From contig NMRA01000050.1 of the NCBI GenBank assembly GCA_002633005.1, positions 105,788 through 153,502 of the forward strand: 47,715 nt of DNA, read 5' to 3'. The notes below the pieces were generated by a model. It was not told the DNA's origin. It was given only the letters and a program-made list of their open reading frames with translations, and searched no databases. The position numbers and the translations under genes were made by a program. Shown here one piece after another: positions 37,201 through 47,715 of this stretch. This stretch comes from Phoronis australis. Taxonomy: Eukaryota; Animalia; Phoronida. The first letter of the stretch is position 1; each line of letters opens with the position of its first letter.

Positions 37201-40200
37201 TGGATGAAGAAAAATTTCATAGCTGGAATTTTCAACACGGCGGCATACTTTGATGTGAATTTTTATCTTCTTTGGGACACAAATGATTTGTATAAATAAT
37301 TCATGTAAAAGAATTTTTGCAAAATTTGTCAACTTCAAAAAACATGAGAGCGCAGCTTCTAGCTGGGAAACCGGTAGAAAGATCATCGATAACTAACTTC
37401 AAGCAACAACTCGAACTTCTCTCGAACTTTCGTTGAATAACGCGAGTAAAGAATGCAACTATTTCGAAAAGCGGAAGAGGGTAAATCAGAGACCTCTTAT
37501 GAGCACATGGTATATTAAACCCAAAGTTGGTGCGAAGGAAATTGTGCTGGGTTTAAGACAAAACACACAAAGATACGTGACACAGCGAAACCATTCTGGT
37601 ATAGTGAGGCAAATGTCAAGCGTTTCCTGCACGGAAGTCAGAAAGATAACGTTCCAATGAGGAGGGTCGGGAAAGTTTTCACCTAGGACGAGTTGGCATG
37701 CAAGCAGGACGATACTTAATGATGCAATTCACTTGAGACTATAGGTGATGGTGCGAGACGGGTCGAGTGCACTGCGACACACCTAACCATAAAAGCTGAC
37801 TGACATTTTGACGTCGGCTCATAAAGTTGGTACTCGTTCGGGTAGGCGGGATCACAGAGAGGAGATAACGATTTCACCATTTTTCGCCGGCGAGTCAGTG
37901 ACAAATTGATGTGATGGTACATATTTCATATCTGCTGCGGTACCAGTGACCAGTAAACACAGTCACTATTCGGGCACAACGAAAGTAAAGTCCACTTATT
38001 AAAGGGTACTTCGGGTAATGAATTTGTCTTACATTTAGATCTGTGAATCGACGCCTGTGGAAGCCACGAGTTACAAAGCCGCTGGCAGTTCGACAACCAA
38101 GTTAAAGCAGGGTACGAAACTACTCGTGATCCTTTCTGTAATGACAGATAACTAAACACTAGTTCAGAACGCAACTATGACAAAAAGCGGAGAAGACAAA
38201 CGAGATAATGAAGGGTCCATGATAATAGTTAGCGTTTAGCTTTTGTCAGGTTGGGTGCGTTCCTTGGCTGCTAGTAGTTAAAAGGGGATTATCGAACGGC
38301 ATCCTCCTTGAGAGGATACTCCACGACCTGCGTCAATTTCAGTTAAGAGTAATTCGAAAGATTTCTTTTATTCTAGTGATAAATTCTTACCTCGAATGAT
38401 CTACGGAGCCCTTTGATTGATATTTATGAAATTTGGTACCTGGATCCTCTCAAAGATTAGATTACATGGTAATAATCTTTATTGAAATGTACATGTATGC
38501 ATGTGGTCATGGACTCAAAGTATAACATGTGTAACACAGTTGGTGGACGAATTTTAGAAGCAGGCTATCCGGAGTTCTCATAAGAGACTCGCATTTAGAT
38601 GTTGTGGGAGAATGACTCACTGCAAACTAACACAAGGTGGTCGTCCTCCACACATCCCGAATTACATAACTCACGCAACCTATTTTCATAGGGAATATTT
38701 GTGCGGCGACCTCTTTCCACTAGTAACGAATGATTTGAGCATAAGAGACAGGATAAAAACACGTGGAATACCAACAATTTCCAAATAATTCTCTAGACAA
38801 TAAATTGTTTTAAACCTCAAATAGAAGGCAGTTTTGTGCTACATTCGATATTAGATTGACACCCTTGCAAATAACAGTCACTCACACGCAGGGAAAAACT
38901 TAGAAATACGCTTGGTTCACCACACCCTGATTAATCCATACATCTTAAAAGCACATGCAGACAGAAGTTTCCTTACAAGACTTGCCCAATTATAAGAAGA
39001 TAGTAGTAGTATAGTAAGAGGTTTAGGACGCCTATTTGGGAGGGTCCCGGGACAAAGGTCACGTTACGTATCACCTAATAATATATAGACGATAATTTTA
39101 TTTGCGACGCGTGTATGACCAGTTGTTTGGACTAGGGCTTGTGTCAACCCAGACTTGAAGTTACGTGATGATTATGTAAGATTTATCAAAGCGCAGACGG
39201 TTCTTTGTGCGAGATCTTCACGTAATATTTTGCTTTCATCACCTTTTGTCAACTAACTTCTGTAGGCTACACGTAATATACATGAAGAGTTTCTTTTCTC
39301 TCTTAGTTGACCACACTATTTCCAACACTATGTATACCTACCTGCAAGAGAGGTGCGCGTTGGCACCTACTTTTATCCCAAAAGACAAGTGTTCGACGAC
39401 GGCGTCACCACTGGACCTTTGAACATTTAATTCAGGACATTAAATAATTTGCTACTAATAATTGACTACGTTTACGGATAATGGTGTCTGAAGGTTGGTG
39501 ATTTTTGTATTATATTTTTATTTACTTTGTCATTAATACACGTTTAAACAATATTAGTTTTATGTTCTATTTAGGTGGTCACATCTTATTATTAATATTA
39601 TTCGTTTAGTACCCTCAGTACCTGGGTTAGACTTTACGCGACATCTGTTGTCGAGTTGGGTGGTTACCCCCTTGTAGCGGAATATACGCGACATTTGTTC
39701 TTGATCAATGAGAACAATATACAACGACGACACTTGGCGCACACGAAATAAGGTACCTTTTGTTCTTATTCAGCAACGTAATCCCTCTTTTGTTAAGGCT
39801 CTGAATCCGTTGCGAGGACTCTCCCAAACGTGCCACGAAAGCACCGAGATGCCTATCTAACGGGTCTAATTAAACCTGTTACGTCATGAGGTGTAACGTC
39901 CTTGACGCATCCGTCCTGTAGGCAGATGATGTCCCTTTCGATTGCATCCATCCCATGTGACCTTTGACCTTCCTCTCGGATTTATGACATTTGACTCGGG
40001 ACCCTCCCAAATAGGCATCCTAAACCTCTTAATATACTACTGAAGATCTTCTGATTAGGTCTGAGTGAAAAAGCCTATCATATGCTGCCTTGACCCCATT
40101 ACTAGGCATCCCGAGTATTTTGAACCAATGTTTTACACAGGACACAAAATATTTAGTAATCAAGGGGAATCGACCACATTCTCCCATAACTGCCGAGTTA

Positions 40201-43200
40201 GAACAACAACTGCATACTCAGTACTAAAATGCGTTTACAAAACTCGATGTGTACATTTTCCAATTGTTCATATTCCATAAAGCCTTGCATCTCAGGGCCA
40301 AAACACAAATATGGGTAAACTATTTTATCGAACAGGTTAAAGACTAATTTTGACGAAGGTAGATCACGACATCTTCGCTTCGATTCACAAATTACTGCTT
40401 TATTTGCTTGGTTAGATAAGGTTTTAATAATCTATTAATGACTTTGGTCCACAAAACTTTTGGGTTAATATACAGTCCAAGGTATTTGTAATGAGACACA
40501 ACATCGACCAAAGTTCCATTGTAGAACCATTTCTCATATCGTTTAAGGGGACCGCCCTTTCTGAAAACGATCACCTTGGTTTTCTTCAAGTTTACTCGGA
40601 TGCCCCATGATTCTGCCAAACAATTTAGCATACGTTGTAAGTTGATGGCAGCATGACACCATGTCATCTGGGTACAGCAGGGAGTTGACTCTTGGCACTT
40701 GTTCTATGAGATATGTGCTACTAATATTACTTTTCGCTCTCAGTTGATCCAGAAATTCATTTAAATACAACAAAAATAATAATGAGCTTACCATACAATC
40801 CCAGTAGAGACTACCAGCAGTTCAATCAAAGAACTATGTAAGACCATCTTGAGTTTTCACTCAAGGGCCCAATTTACCATACACAGAGTAGAGTATGTTG
40901 AAAATTTTACGATGCACAATGATGTTTTTCAGTATATTAAAGAGCAAATTGTGAGGCATTCGATCGAATGCCTTCGAGAAATCTACTAAGACACAGTAAA
41001 TCTCCCACCCTGCCGATTCAAATACTTGTGACACGTAGCTTGAAGTGTAAACAGTTGGTCAATCGTAGAGTAGCCCTTTCTAAAGCCAGCTTGTGATTAA
41101 TAAAGTTTATCATTATTTTCAGTCCACCAATGAAGAAGATTATTAAAATGTTTGGTAGAAAGTTTCCTAAAAGCAAACAGGGAAATAATTACATGTACCT
41201 ATATAGTAATCGTCATTGATATTACCTTATTTATACACTGGAGTAAGCATTGCGTCACACCAAGTCTGGGGATAATATACAGACCCCAAAATTGCATTAA
41301 ATAAATTAAGTAAGTTGATGGCAGCATGACACCATGTCATCTGGGTACAGCAGGGAGTTGACTCTTGGCACTTGTTCTATGAGATATGTGCTACTAATAT
41401 TACTTTTCGCTCTCAGTTGATCAATCGTAGAGTAGCCCTTTCTAAAGCCAGCTTGTGATTAATAAAGTTTATCATTATTTTCAGTCCACCAATGAAGAAG
41501 ATTATTAAAATGTTTGGTAGAAAGTTTCCTAAAAGCAGACAGGGAAATAATTACATGTACCTATATAGTAATCGTCATTGATATTACCTTATTTATACAC
41601 TGGAGTAAGCATTGCGTCACACCAAGTCTGGGGATAATATACAGACCCCAAAATTGCATTAAATAACTTATGCAAAATTGGCACTATCGTGAACTCAGTG
41701 CACTTCAGCATTACTTTCAAAAACCACGCCACCATTACCTCCAGCCTTGCCATTAGGCAATTGCTCAATGGTCTCAAAAATCAGTATTAAACTGAAATGG
41801 GTAATTGTTAGTACTCTTTTCACAAGATCTATTGTGTTCAATCATATCCTGCGAGGCCAGTTTACTGAAAGACTCGTCCATAGAAACATTTTGTTTCAAT
41901 AAATCCTTGAAATAGTCGCGCCATTTCTGCGCACTAATTGTGGAAGAAGAGACAGGGGATGTCCGCATATTGGATTTAATTAATTTCCAGAACTCCTTAG
42001 GATTATTTTCGGAACGTTTAATGACTTCAATAAGTCGGGATTCATATGCTTTCTCTTTCTGAATCACAGAAAGCTTTCTTTTTTACTTTATACGCTTTCA
42101 GGTAAAAACAGAAGTGTTTTTACGGAACAGTTTTAAAAACCATGCCAGTTCATCCTCCCGCCAGGGTGGCTGCTTTTTCGCAGTCACCATGTACTTTAGT
42201 TTCACTATTAGTAGATGTATAAGTTTTCACGGTTGATACGGCAGACTGCCACAACAAATCTGTAATGGATCTGACCGCATTATCTAGATTGCCACTAGCC
42301 ACCGAACTATCCATGGACGCCGCACAAATTCTCAGCACCAGTTGAAAAGCCCTAGAGAATGCCTGCGCATTAGAGCTCTCCCACTGAATCCGGCTATGCG
42401 GGTGTCATAATTGAACCATAGGAATACTGACCTCTGACCTACAACACCTAAACTTTCAAGTAGCTGGCAGATGATTTGACTCATCCCATTCATCAACAAC
42501 AAAATTCTCCACTAAACTAACTACTTGTGTGAATAATAATACACGTCCGCCTCCTGTCAGACAAGTAAAGTCACAACTAGTATCACAGGGGAAGCGACTG
42601 TTGACAATATAAATACAAAGTTCGTGACACACCTCTATAAGACTTTTAACAAAATTGTTTACAACTTCGTACTTAAAATTCCTAGGCAAACTAAAAGTAA
42701 CCGCTTCATACCAGTCCTGCCATGGCAAATATTTCGGGCTATCATCTAAAATGAATTCTACCAGATTCCGTGTTCTGGCATTGAGATCGCCCACAATAGC
42801 CAATGAACAATCAGTGAAACGACCAGTCAAGTTTGTAATCTACGCAACAATAAGAACCGCTGTTCTCAGGTGTAACTGTATCATCAACATGATAGAAACC
42901 TGAACACTCTGAGGGTAAAGAAACAAAAACATCAAAACACACTGGATAACGCAAAGTCTCACATTTCAAACAAATGCCAAAGGGAAACTTAGAATCTACG
43001 CGATTGAAATATTTGGAAATTGACTGTCTAATGAAAACACTAATGCCTCCAGATTATTTACCTTTTCTTTTTTCTTTTTCAATAAAGATTATAATACGAG
43101 TCATAAGAAGACAACTCAAATTGATCTGAGCGTTTTGCCCATGTTTCACAGGTGCAAAAGATATCCTAAATAGATAAATATGTTTGAACTTCGTCCCTAA

Positions 43201-46200
43201 CAATTTTATTTTCTTGCATTCCAAGAAACCAATGAAAGTGCAGGGCCATGGCCTGACAACTAGTAACCTGCTGCGCCATTCACTTGGGGTAGGTAAACAC
43301 CAGTTTCCGGGGGTTGTCCAGAAACCATCACCATTGACTTGCGCACCATCATCTCGTCTGAATCGTCATTGTACACATAAACACGACCTTGGTATATTAA
43401 TTTTCCGTACCTGATCTTTGCATTTGTCCAGTTCTTACCACGTGAGAATTCATACAGACGCCGTCTTGCCTTTTTCTCTCCGGTGCGGAGAAGTCCTGAG
43501 TGACAAAGATAACAGTGCCATTGCTGTTCTTATTCTGTAGAACCCGGTCTTTATCTTTAGACCTCATTTTTGCAATGATCGGGCGGTCTTTGTTTGCAGT
43601 TTTTCGACCCATTCTGTGAGCTCTTTCGACTATGACACCATCATCCAGACAGTCCTTCAAAAAGACGGTAACTTTGCACTTCACACGATTCATTATTCTC
43701 TTTCACTATGCCATGAAAGATCAAGTTGTTGCGTCTTCATCGATTCTCTAGGTCGTCTAACTTGGACTCGTAAACGATAATTTTCCTCTTGTTTAACGTA
43801 GTAGTCTTGTCGCAGATCCTCTAGTTCACATGTGATTTCAAGTTCTCAAATTTATCATTCAAAAGTTTCAATAGTTCCCTGTTTGAAATGTCAGCGGAAG
43901 ACGGGTCCGATTGAGATAGTGGCCTGCTACTACATTGTGGATTGTTATTAGGAGGCACGGTGAGAGATCATTTACTTAACAGTATTTGCACAATCGATGT
44001 AGGTCGAAAATATTATGTCCGACGACTGTTTCAGTAGTGATAGTACGACAGAATAGACACACGTACGGGACTTCACTCACCAAACAGCACCACCACAAAA
44101 CAAAGACTTTCTGGCTTGATAACTATTCAAATGCATAAAACAGCTTTCAGTTGCTCAAACCACAATACTATCGAGAGACAAACTTCAAGCCTGGCAATAC
44201 TGCGACAACGCCACCTATCCACCTATCACACTGCCCTGCTGTTTGACCACCCTTTAAATGCTGCTATTCCTTTGGCACTTCTATTTTGTTTCCCCTTGTA
44301 TAATAAGTACAGGTCCGACCCTATTATTATTATTTGGCGCACTGTTCTTTTTGGTCAAATCTCATTAGTGTCGGTGCAATAAAGCTGAAGAAATTTTAGC
44401 GACGAGAGAAAGACACCTTCCAATTTTCAACGATTAGTGCTGGGCTCCTACAGACACTCAGGACGTTACTAGTGATGCTACGTCTAAGATGAATGTTTGA
44501 TATTGCATGTGTGCGTACCCATTTAAGCTTCGTTGTTTCCCATTAGCCATATCGACAGTTATTGAAAATATGCGCAAATAATATCATAAGCGTTACGCAG
44601 ATCAAAGAAAATCGGCCAATGTATTCTTAGTTTTACTGTTCTCTTCGCTACAGGGACTGACGAAGAACGCGGTATTGCACAATGGCGAAACATTATGGAC
44701 GGTATGTCAAGAGCTGAACTCCAGGAACACCAGAGGAGACTTGAGATTTACGACATGCCTTTTGGTGAGTCCTGAATCCTATAAACCAATCACTGTGACT
44801 AAAATACACAATTTATGTATGGGCAGTTAATTGTTTTACTACAAAAAGTTTAAACGTGCTGTAATACACCGTCTGACAAAAAATATTTTCAATTGAGCCA
44901 CTTATCGTTTTAGAATTTGATGATTCTATTTATGGCAGTGCTGTTTTTTCCCAAATGCATTGTGGTATAGTTTCTGGCTCGTGAACATCCGGTTTCACTA
45001 CAAATGGCTTTTGGACGTGTAACCCGATATGCGCTTTAATAGGTTGTGGGATTTAACTCCAGGGTGACAAAGTGGTGCGTGCGTGGTTAAACTTTCTGGA
45101 AAACGGTTTTTTAATAAACTTGTGTGTGTTTATTCCATGCTTTTTGAGGCTCGACCTTAAATCAAAATTTTCTAGTACTCGTTTTCCAGTGGACCCCTGA
45201 CTTCAACTCGAATGCGCTAAAATGACAAGTGTTATTTTCCGTCACATTGTTTACTCGTTGCCAAATTCTCTGCAATGGCAAGGAATATTTACTAACCGAC
45301 AACGGTCCCGCAATGTACTTCAAAAGTCAGCTAGTACTGTTTTTGATGACTGACTTCCCGAATCGGTTACCGGGCTATTCCTAACTCACATTCGAAATTG
45401 TACCTTGAATTGGGATGAACTGATTGTTATTACTTAAGACAAGTGTCTGCAATCTGGTTTAAGCCTTCGGGCCGTTTTCTACGCCGAACATGACTCAAAA
45501 AATACCGAAGTGTCAGTTTCCACCGTGCTTGGGTATAAAGGACAAGTTGAGACAAGTATGATCACGAAAACGATGTGGACTTGATCAAAGTTCATCCTTT
45601 CTAACCGAGCGCAGGCTTATACCAACTTTAAGCTATTATTGTTATAAAGATGCCTTTGGGATTTTATGTTACCTGATTATGATGGTGAAAACTGTTGAAA
45701 TTCTATTTATGTTTTGAACATATTGCATGTTTTCTCTACCGTGTTTTCATATAATCTACATGTACCATGCAGGGATAGCATAACTGATTTATAGTCATAA
45801 CCGGAGTTTGGGTTTCAAAAATAAACGTCCGATAATTAGGGGTATTGTGAAGTTCAGCACTTAGAAACTCGTGAATTGTGTCTGTGTCTGTGTCTGTGTA
45901 AATGTACATGTATGCATGTATGTATATGTATACATGTTTGTATATGTACATTATCTGAAATAATTTGAGTATCATTGTTGTTGTGACAATCAATCACAAT
46001 GACCATTCAGTGTTCTAGCAATGTTTTTAAATGCATTCCGTTTTCAGGGAGGTCTGTCCTGCGACGTTGCAAGTTACTGCGCTTTGTTCCCTTCTGCCCA
46101 CCATTTGAGGGATTTTGTAACAGCAAACACTCTCCAGACGCAGAGGAGCTGACTTTCGATGAAACGGACTATTCGCGTGCTGAAAGTGTAGCTACAGAAA

Positions 46201-46268
46201 ACACTTCCGTTAATTTTGACGTCGCGGAGAAGAGTACACATGTAAACACGTGCACGACGCGAGTGTAG
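19254..46268 (+). CDS. SLC23A: Solute carrier family 23 (NAT/NCS2 nucleobase-ascorbate transporter), complete, 14 coding exons, about 666 aa
   Basis: Exons sum to 2001 nt with consistent phases. Motifs: [127 protein letters not shown]. Confidence 0.94.
19397..19525. repeat. About 67-bp tandem duplication in the first coding intron of SLC23
   Basis: TTCTTGCTTT..GTTGGTA..GTCATA.GTCGTACTAAAGGGTAACGTCACTAT.AGCATTT twice. Confidence 0.85.
21279..21476 (+). CDS. SLC23A: SLC23 exon (EKNEPP...[12 protein letters not shown])
   Basis: TCCCAG acceptor, GTTAGA donor. Confidence 0.88.
22693..22860. repeat. Imperfect long palindrome (fold-back element)
   Basis: TTCCGCCGAGCCAATCTGATAACACATTTAATTGGTCT pairs with AGAACCAATTAGATGTCTTAGCAGGGTTTGACCTAGCGGAG; outer arm ACATTTAATTGAC / GTCAATCAAGTG. 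Confidence 0.65.
23798..23955 (+). CDS. SLC23A: SLC23 exon ([13 protein letters not shown]...LLQTTFGCR)
   Basis: TTCTAG acceptor, GTGAGT donor. Confidence 0.93.
25432..25541 (+). CDS. SLC23A: SLC23 exon ([14 protein letters not shown]...CSLT)
   Basis: TTCTAG acceptor, GTAGTT donor. Confidence 0.9.
25955..26060 (+). mobile_element. Truncated copy of the fold-back element at 35134
   Basis: ATAGATTACCACATGG...ATCTAGAGCCC.G.GGATTTTGGA...TCG.CCGAGGG matches 35140-35220; preceded by an (ATCTAT)n tract. Confidence 0.7.
26524..26901. mobile_element. MITE-like fold-back element
   Basis: Nested inverted arms: GGTTTC..GCAGTC..GATGTC / GACATC..GACTGC..GAAACC; GGCCTCTGAT / ATCAGAGGCC; GGAGGCTCA.AAATTT / AAATTTCTGAGCCTCC. 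Confidence 0.65.
27894..28000 (+). CDS. SLC23A: SLC23 exon (...[12 protein letters not shown]); alternative in-frame start at 27903
   Basis: WQSRLRE motif, GTGAGT donor; two in-frame AG acceptors 9 nt apart. Confidence 0.85.
28091..28330 (+). mobile_element. tRNA-derived SINE
   Basis: GGGGGCACGGTGGCCTAG (A-box-like) and a perfect B box GGTTCGAATCC at 28141-28151, followed by a non-tRNA body; 3' boundary approximate. Confidence 0.65.
28519..28700 (+). CDS. SLC23A: SLC23 exon ([12 protein letters not shown]...[16 protein letters not shown]...)
   Basis: TTTCAG acceptor, GTAAGC donor. Confidence 0.93.
29060..29223. repeat. 57-bp minisatellite x about 3
   Basis: TGCTCAGGGTGTATTCACCTTCACCAAGCAAACACAATGTCAAACTGTCTTGCTCAG units. 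Confidence 0.92.
29583..29679 (+). CDS. SLC23A: SLC23 exon ([14 protein letters not shown]...FKLFP)
   Basis: TTTTAG acceptor, GTTAGT donor. Confidence 0.9.
30262..30568 (+). CDS. SLC23A: SLC23 exon ([12 protein letters not shown]...[25 protein letters not shown])
   Basis: TTTCAG acceptor, GTAAAG donor. Confidence 0.95.
31789..31892 (+). CDS. SLC23A: SLC23 exon with NAT signature (GIGIEG...[13 protein letters not shown])
   Basis: TCTCAG acceptor, GTATTC donor. Confidence 0.95.
33517..33646 (+). CDS. SLC23A: SLC23 exon (VGSRRVIQ...[14 protein letters not shown])
   Basis: TTTCAG acceptor, GTAAGT donor. Confidence 0.95.
34714..34863 (+). CDS. SLC23A: SLC23 exon ([21 protein letters not shown]...AINT)
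   Basis: TTTCAG acceptor, GTAAGA donor. Confidence 0.95.
35134..36015 (+). mobile_element. Non-autonomous element with a long 5' hairpin and short subterminal inverted repeat (Crypton-like architecture)
   Basis: Palindrome 35134-35310 centred on CCCGAGGGGCGTTAGCCCCGAG; TTATACCACA (35307-35316) is inverted to TGTGTTATAA (36006-36015); second partial copy at 25955. Confidence 0.55.
35857..35925 (+). other. Degenerate tRNA-like sequence inside the hairpin element
   Basis: A box TGGTGTAGTGG, B-box-like GGTTCCAAACC, acceptor-like GCTGAG/CTCGGT; anticodon arm does not pair well. Confidence 0.5.
36822..36917 (+). CDS. SLC23A: SLC23 exon ([13 protein letters not shown]...LDNTMP)
   Basis: TTACAG acceptor, GTGAGT donor. 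Confidence 0.93.
39002..40041. mobile_element. 1.04 kb non-coding element with Polinton/Maverick-type ends, inserted in the LINE
   Basis: About 57-bp TIRs AGTAGTATA(G/T)TAAGAGGTTTAGGA(C/T)GCCTATTTGGGAGGGTCCCG; AG...CT termini; 6-bp TSD GAAGAT (38996-39001 and 40042-40047). Confidence 0.75.
41310..41666. repeat. Internal duplication within the LINE RT region
   Basis: 41310-41422 copies 40637-40749 and 41421-41666 copies 41059-41304, nearly identically. Confidence 0.92.
44654..44764 (+). CDS. SLC23A: SLC23 exon ([11 protein letters not shown]...YDMPF)
   Basis: CTACAG acceptor, GTGAGT donor. Confidence 0.92.
45878..45950. repeat. (GTGTCT)n and TATG-rich microsatellite
   Basis: GTGTCTGTGTCTGTGTCTGTG followed by ATGT/ATAT runs. 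Confidence 0.75.
46048..46268 (+). CDS. SLC23A: SLC23 terminal coding exon ([20 protein letters not shown]...CTTRV*)
   Basis: TTTCAG acceptor, PFCP motif typical of SLC23 C-termini, TAG stop. Confidence 0.88.
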
Positions 46269-47715
46269 GTTTGCCAGTTCCTGCATACTTGTCTATAAAA
46301 CCAACGTGAAAATGTATTGTATTGGTAATCAAGAGCTAAAGTATTATCATATTTTATACTCAATTTTATTGTATTTGGTCTATTAAAATGGAACGGTGTT
46401 TTATTCTGAATACATTTTGCATAGTTTTCTATGAGTTGTAGATTAATTTCACTAATAACTCAACAGCAAAAAGTACAACATATTTTTTAACGAAACTCAA
46501 AAAATTGGTTCAAATACTTCCATAATCACCCGCTCAGAGCGCTGCTTTTCGTGGCGTAGTCGTCCTTAGCTATTTTTGCGTGCAGTCAAGTGGCGTTCTT
46601 CATTGTCAGAATAAGAAATTTTAGTGTGAAATGTTGGGTCGCCAGGGATACCTGTTTGAGCTCGAAGCAACACAAAGTGATACCAACTCGTCGTTATCGT
46701 CAGAAGAAAACATGCAGGTGCAATCCGCAGGTAAAAACAGTTTACACTGGTGTGACTGAGCAGTGAGGCATTACCAGCAATTCATAAACTGGGCCATTCG
46801 CGATAGGCCCCTCAGTATATGCTGCATGACGTCATCTTCCACCTTTGACCAATCAGAGCATTGATACATCGCGTGCTGTCTACTATGCTTTAAAGTCATA
46901 TGATCCGTTTGTAGACGTTTTAAAAACATCGTGAATCTGCATAAAACCATTGAAACATACTCCCTGACACTTAATTAGAACTTTTCGTAAGTATGGGGTC
47001 TATCTGCTGCCTGCACATATTTTTTCCTTTATTTTTTATTTTCTTAAAATCTGCGTGATCAAAACAAACGAATGTTGCCCATAATGCTGTGCGGTTTGAC
47101 CTTTCGGCAACTCGACACAGTCAGCTGTTTCCGGTACTGCTTCGAAGAAGAGAAGTTCGCCTTAACCAGGTAATTTATTCGTTTCTTGAACATTTTGATG
47201 ACGATGTTGCTCCCTGTATGAGCTGAACAGTCTAACTATTACTCTTAGGATTAGATGAAACCATTACTTGTGGGAAAATTACGTACTGAATTCGATAGTA
47301 ATCGTGATCGAGTCGAGTCTGCAGTGGTACCCTAGCCAGCCAGCTAGCGGTATCAAAATACAGCTAGGTACCACTGTGTGTTTTTCTTCAATAGAGCCCG
47401 AAATTCACACAGCCAGGGTAGTATATTTAGTATACTGATTTGTACCAAGGCTAGCCCTAGCCCTAGGCCTATCAATGCTGTGACTGAAAAACAGTGTAAC
47501 GTTATTGTGGTTGGATAGACCCTGTTCAGTGTTGGTCACTCGATGGTCGTGAGTTGAATTTCTACCTGCCGGCAGTTTTCAGACTTTGGACTTGAATTGC
47601 AAAACTATTCCTGGTTTTTCATTGCCATAAGAAAATCATAGTCTATCACCAGGGACTATACTCTACTTGTATATTGTACTAGCAGGAGCACATTGGAGGA
47701 TTTAAGGGGGGGGGG

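Larger units (their letters stand above)
38460..44100 (-). mobile_element. Decayed near full-length LINE (two ORFs, APE plus RT; RTEX/CR1-L2 group) in an SLC23 intron
   Basis: ORF1 remnants ([30 protein letters not shown]; about 43380-43971). APE ([24 protein letters not shown]). RT ([55 protein letters not shown]). C-terminal [27 protein letters not shown] at 38595-38777. Minus-strand AATAAA at 38478-38483. Ends approximate. Confidence 0.88.

Noticed and set aside
38451-44106. CAAAGA as target-site duplication of the LINE
   Set aside because: Only 6 bp in AT-rich DNA and the LINE ends are not precisely defined.
46826-46853. ATGACGTCAT plus CCAAT as promoter of a downstream gene
   Set aside because: No downstream exon identified in the window, and such motifs are common in repeats.
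47690-47715. Start of a hAT-like MITE (CATTGGAGGATTTAAGGGGGG)
   Set aside because: Truncated by the window edge; no partner end is visible.

Overview
Eukaryotic (metazoan) genomic DNA, AT-rich and intron-rich. TTAGGG-type repeats and frequent TACATGTA motifs suggest an invertebrate such as a lophotrochozoan; this taxonomy is inference only. Two + strand genes can be reconstructed exon by exon with GT-AG junctions in consistent phase. (1) The last nine coding exons of Cullin-2 (849-13430). (2) A complete 14-coding-exon SLC23/NAT transporter (19254-46268, about 666 aa) whose signature (SYSENIG) points to nucleobase rather than ascorbate transport. Introns and the intergenic region are packed with repeats: a 3.7 kb TA-flanked TIR element carrying interstitial telomeric arrays, a decayed AcademX-type DNA transposon, a near full-length decayed LINE, a 1.04 kb non-coding element with Polinton/Maverick-type ends nested in that LINE, fold-back (Crypton-like) elements, tRNA-derived repeats and several minisatellites. 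One minisatellite has copied a CUL2 splice acceptor six times. Most entries in the six-frame ORF track are spurious.
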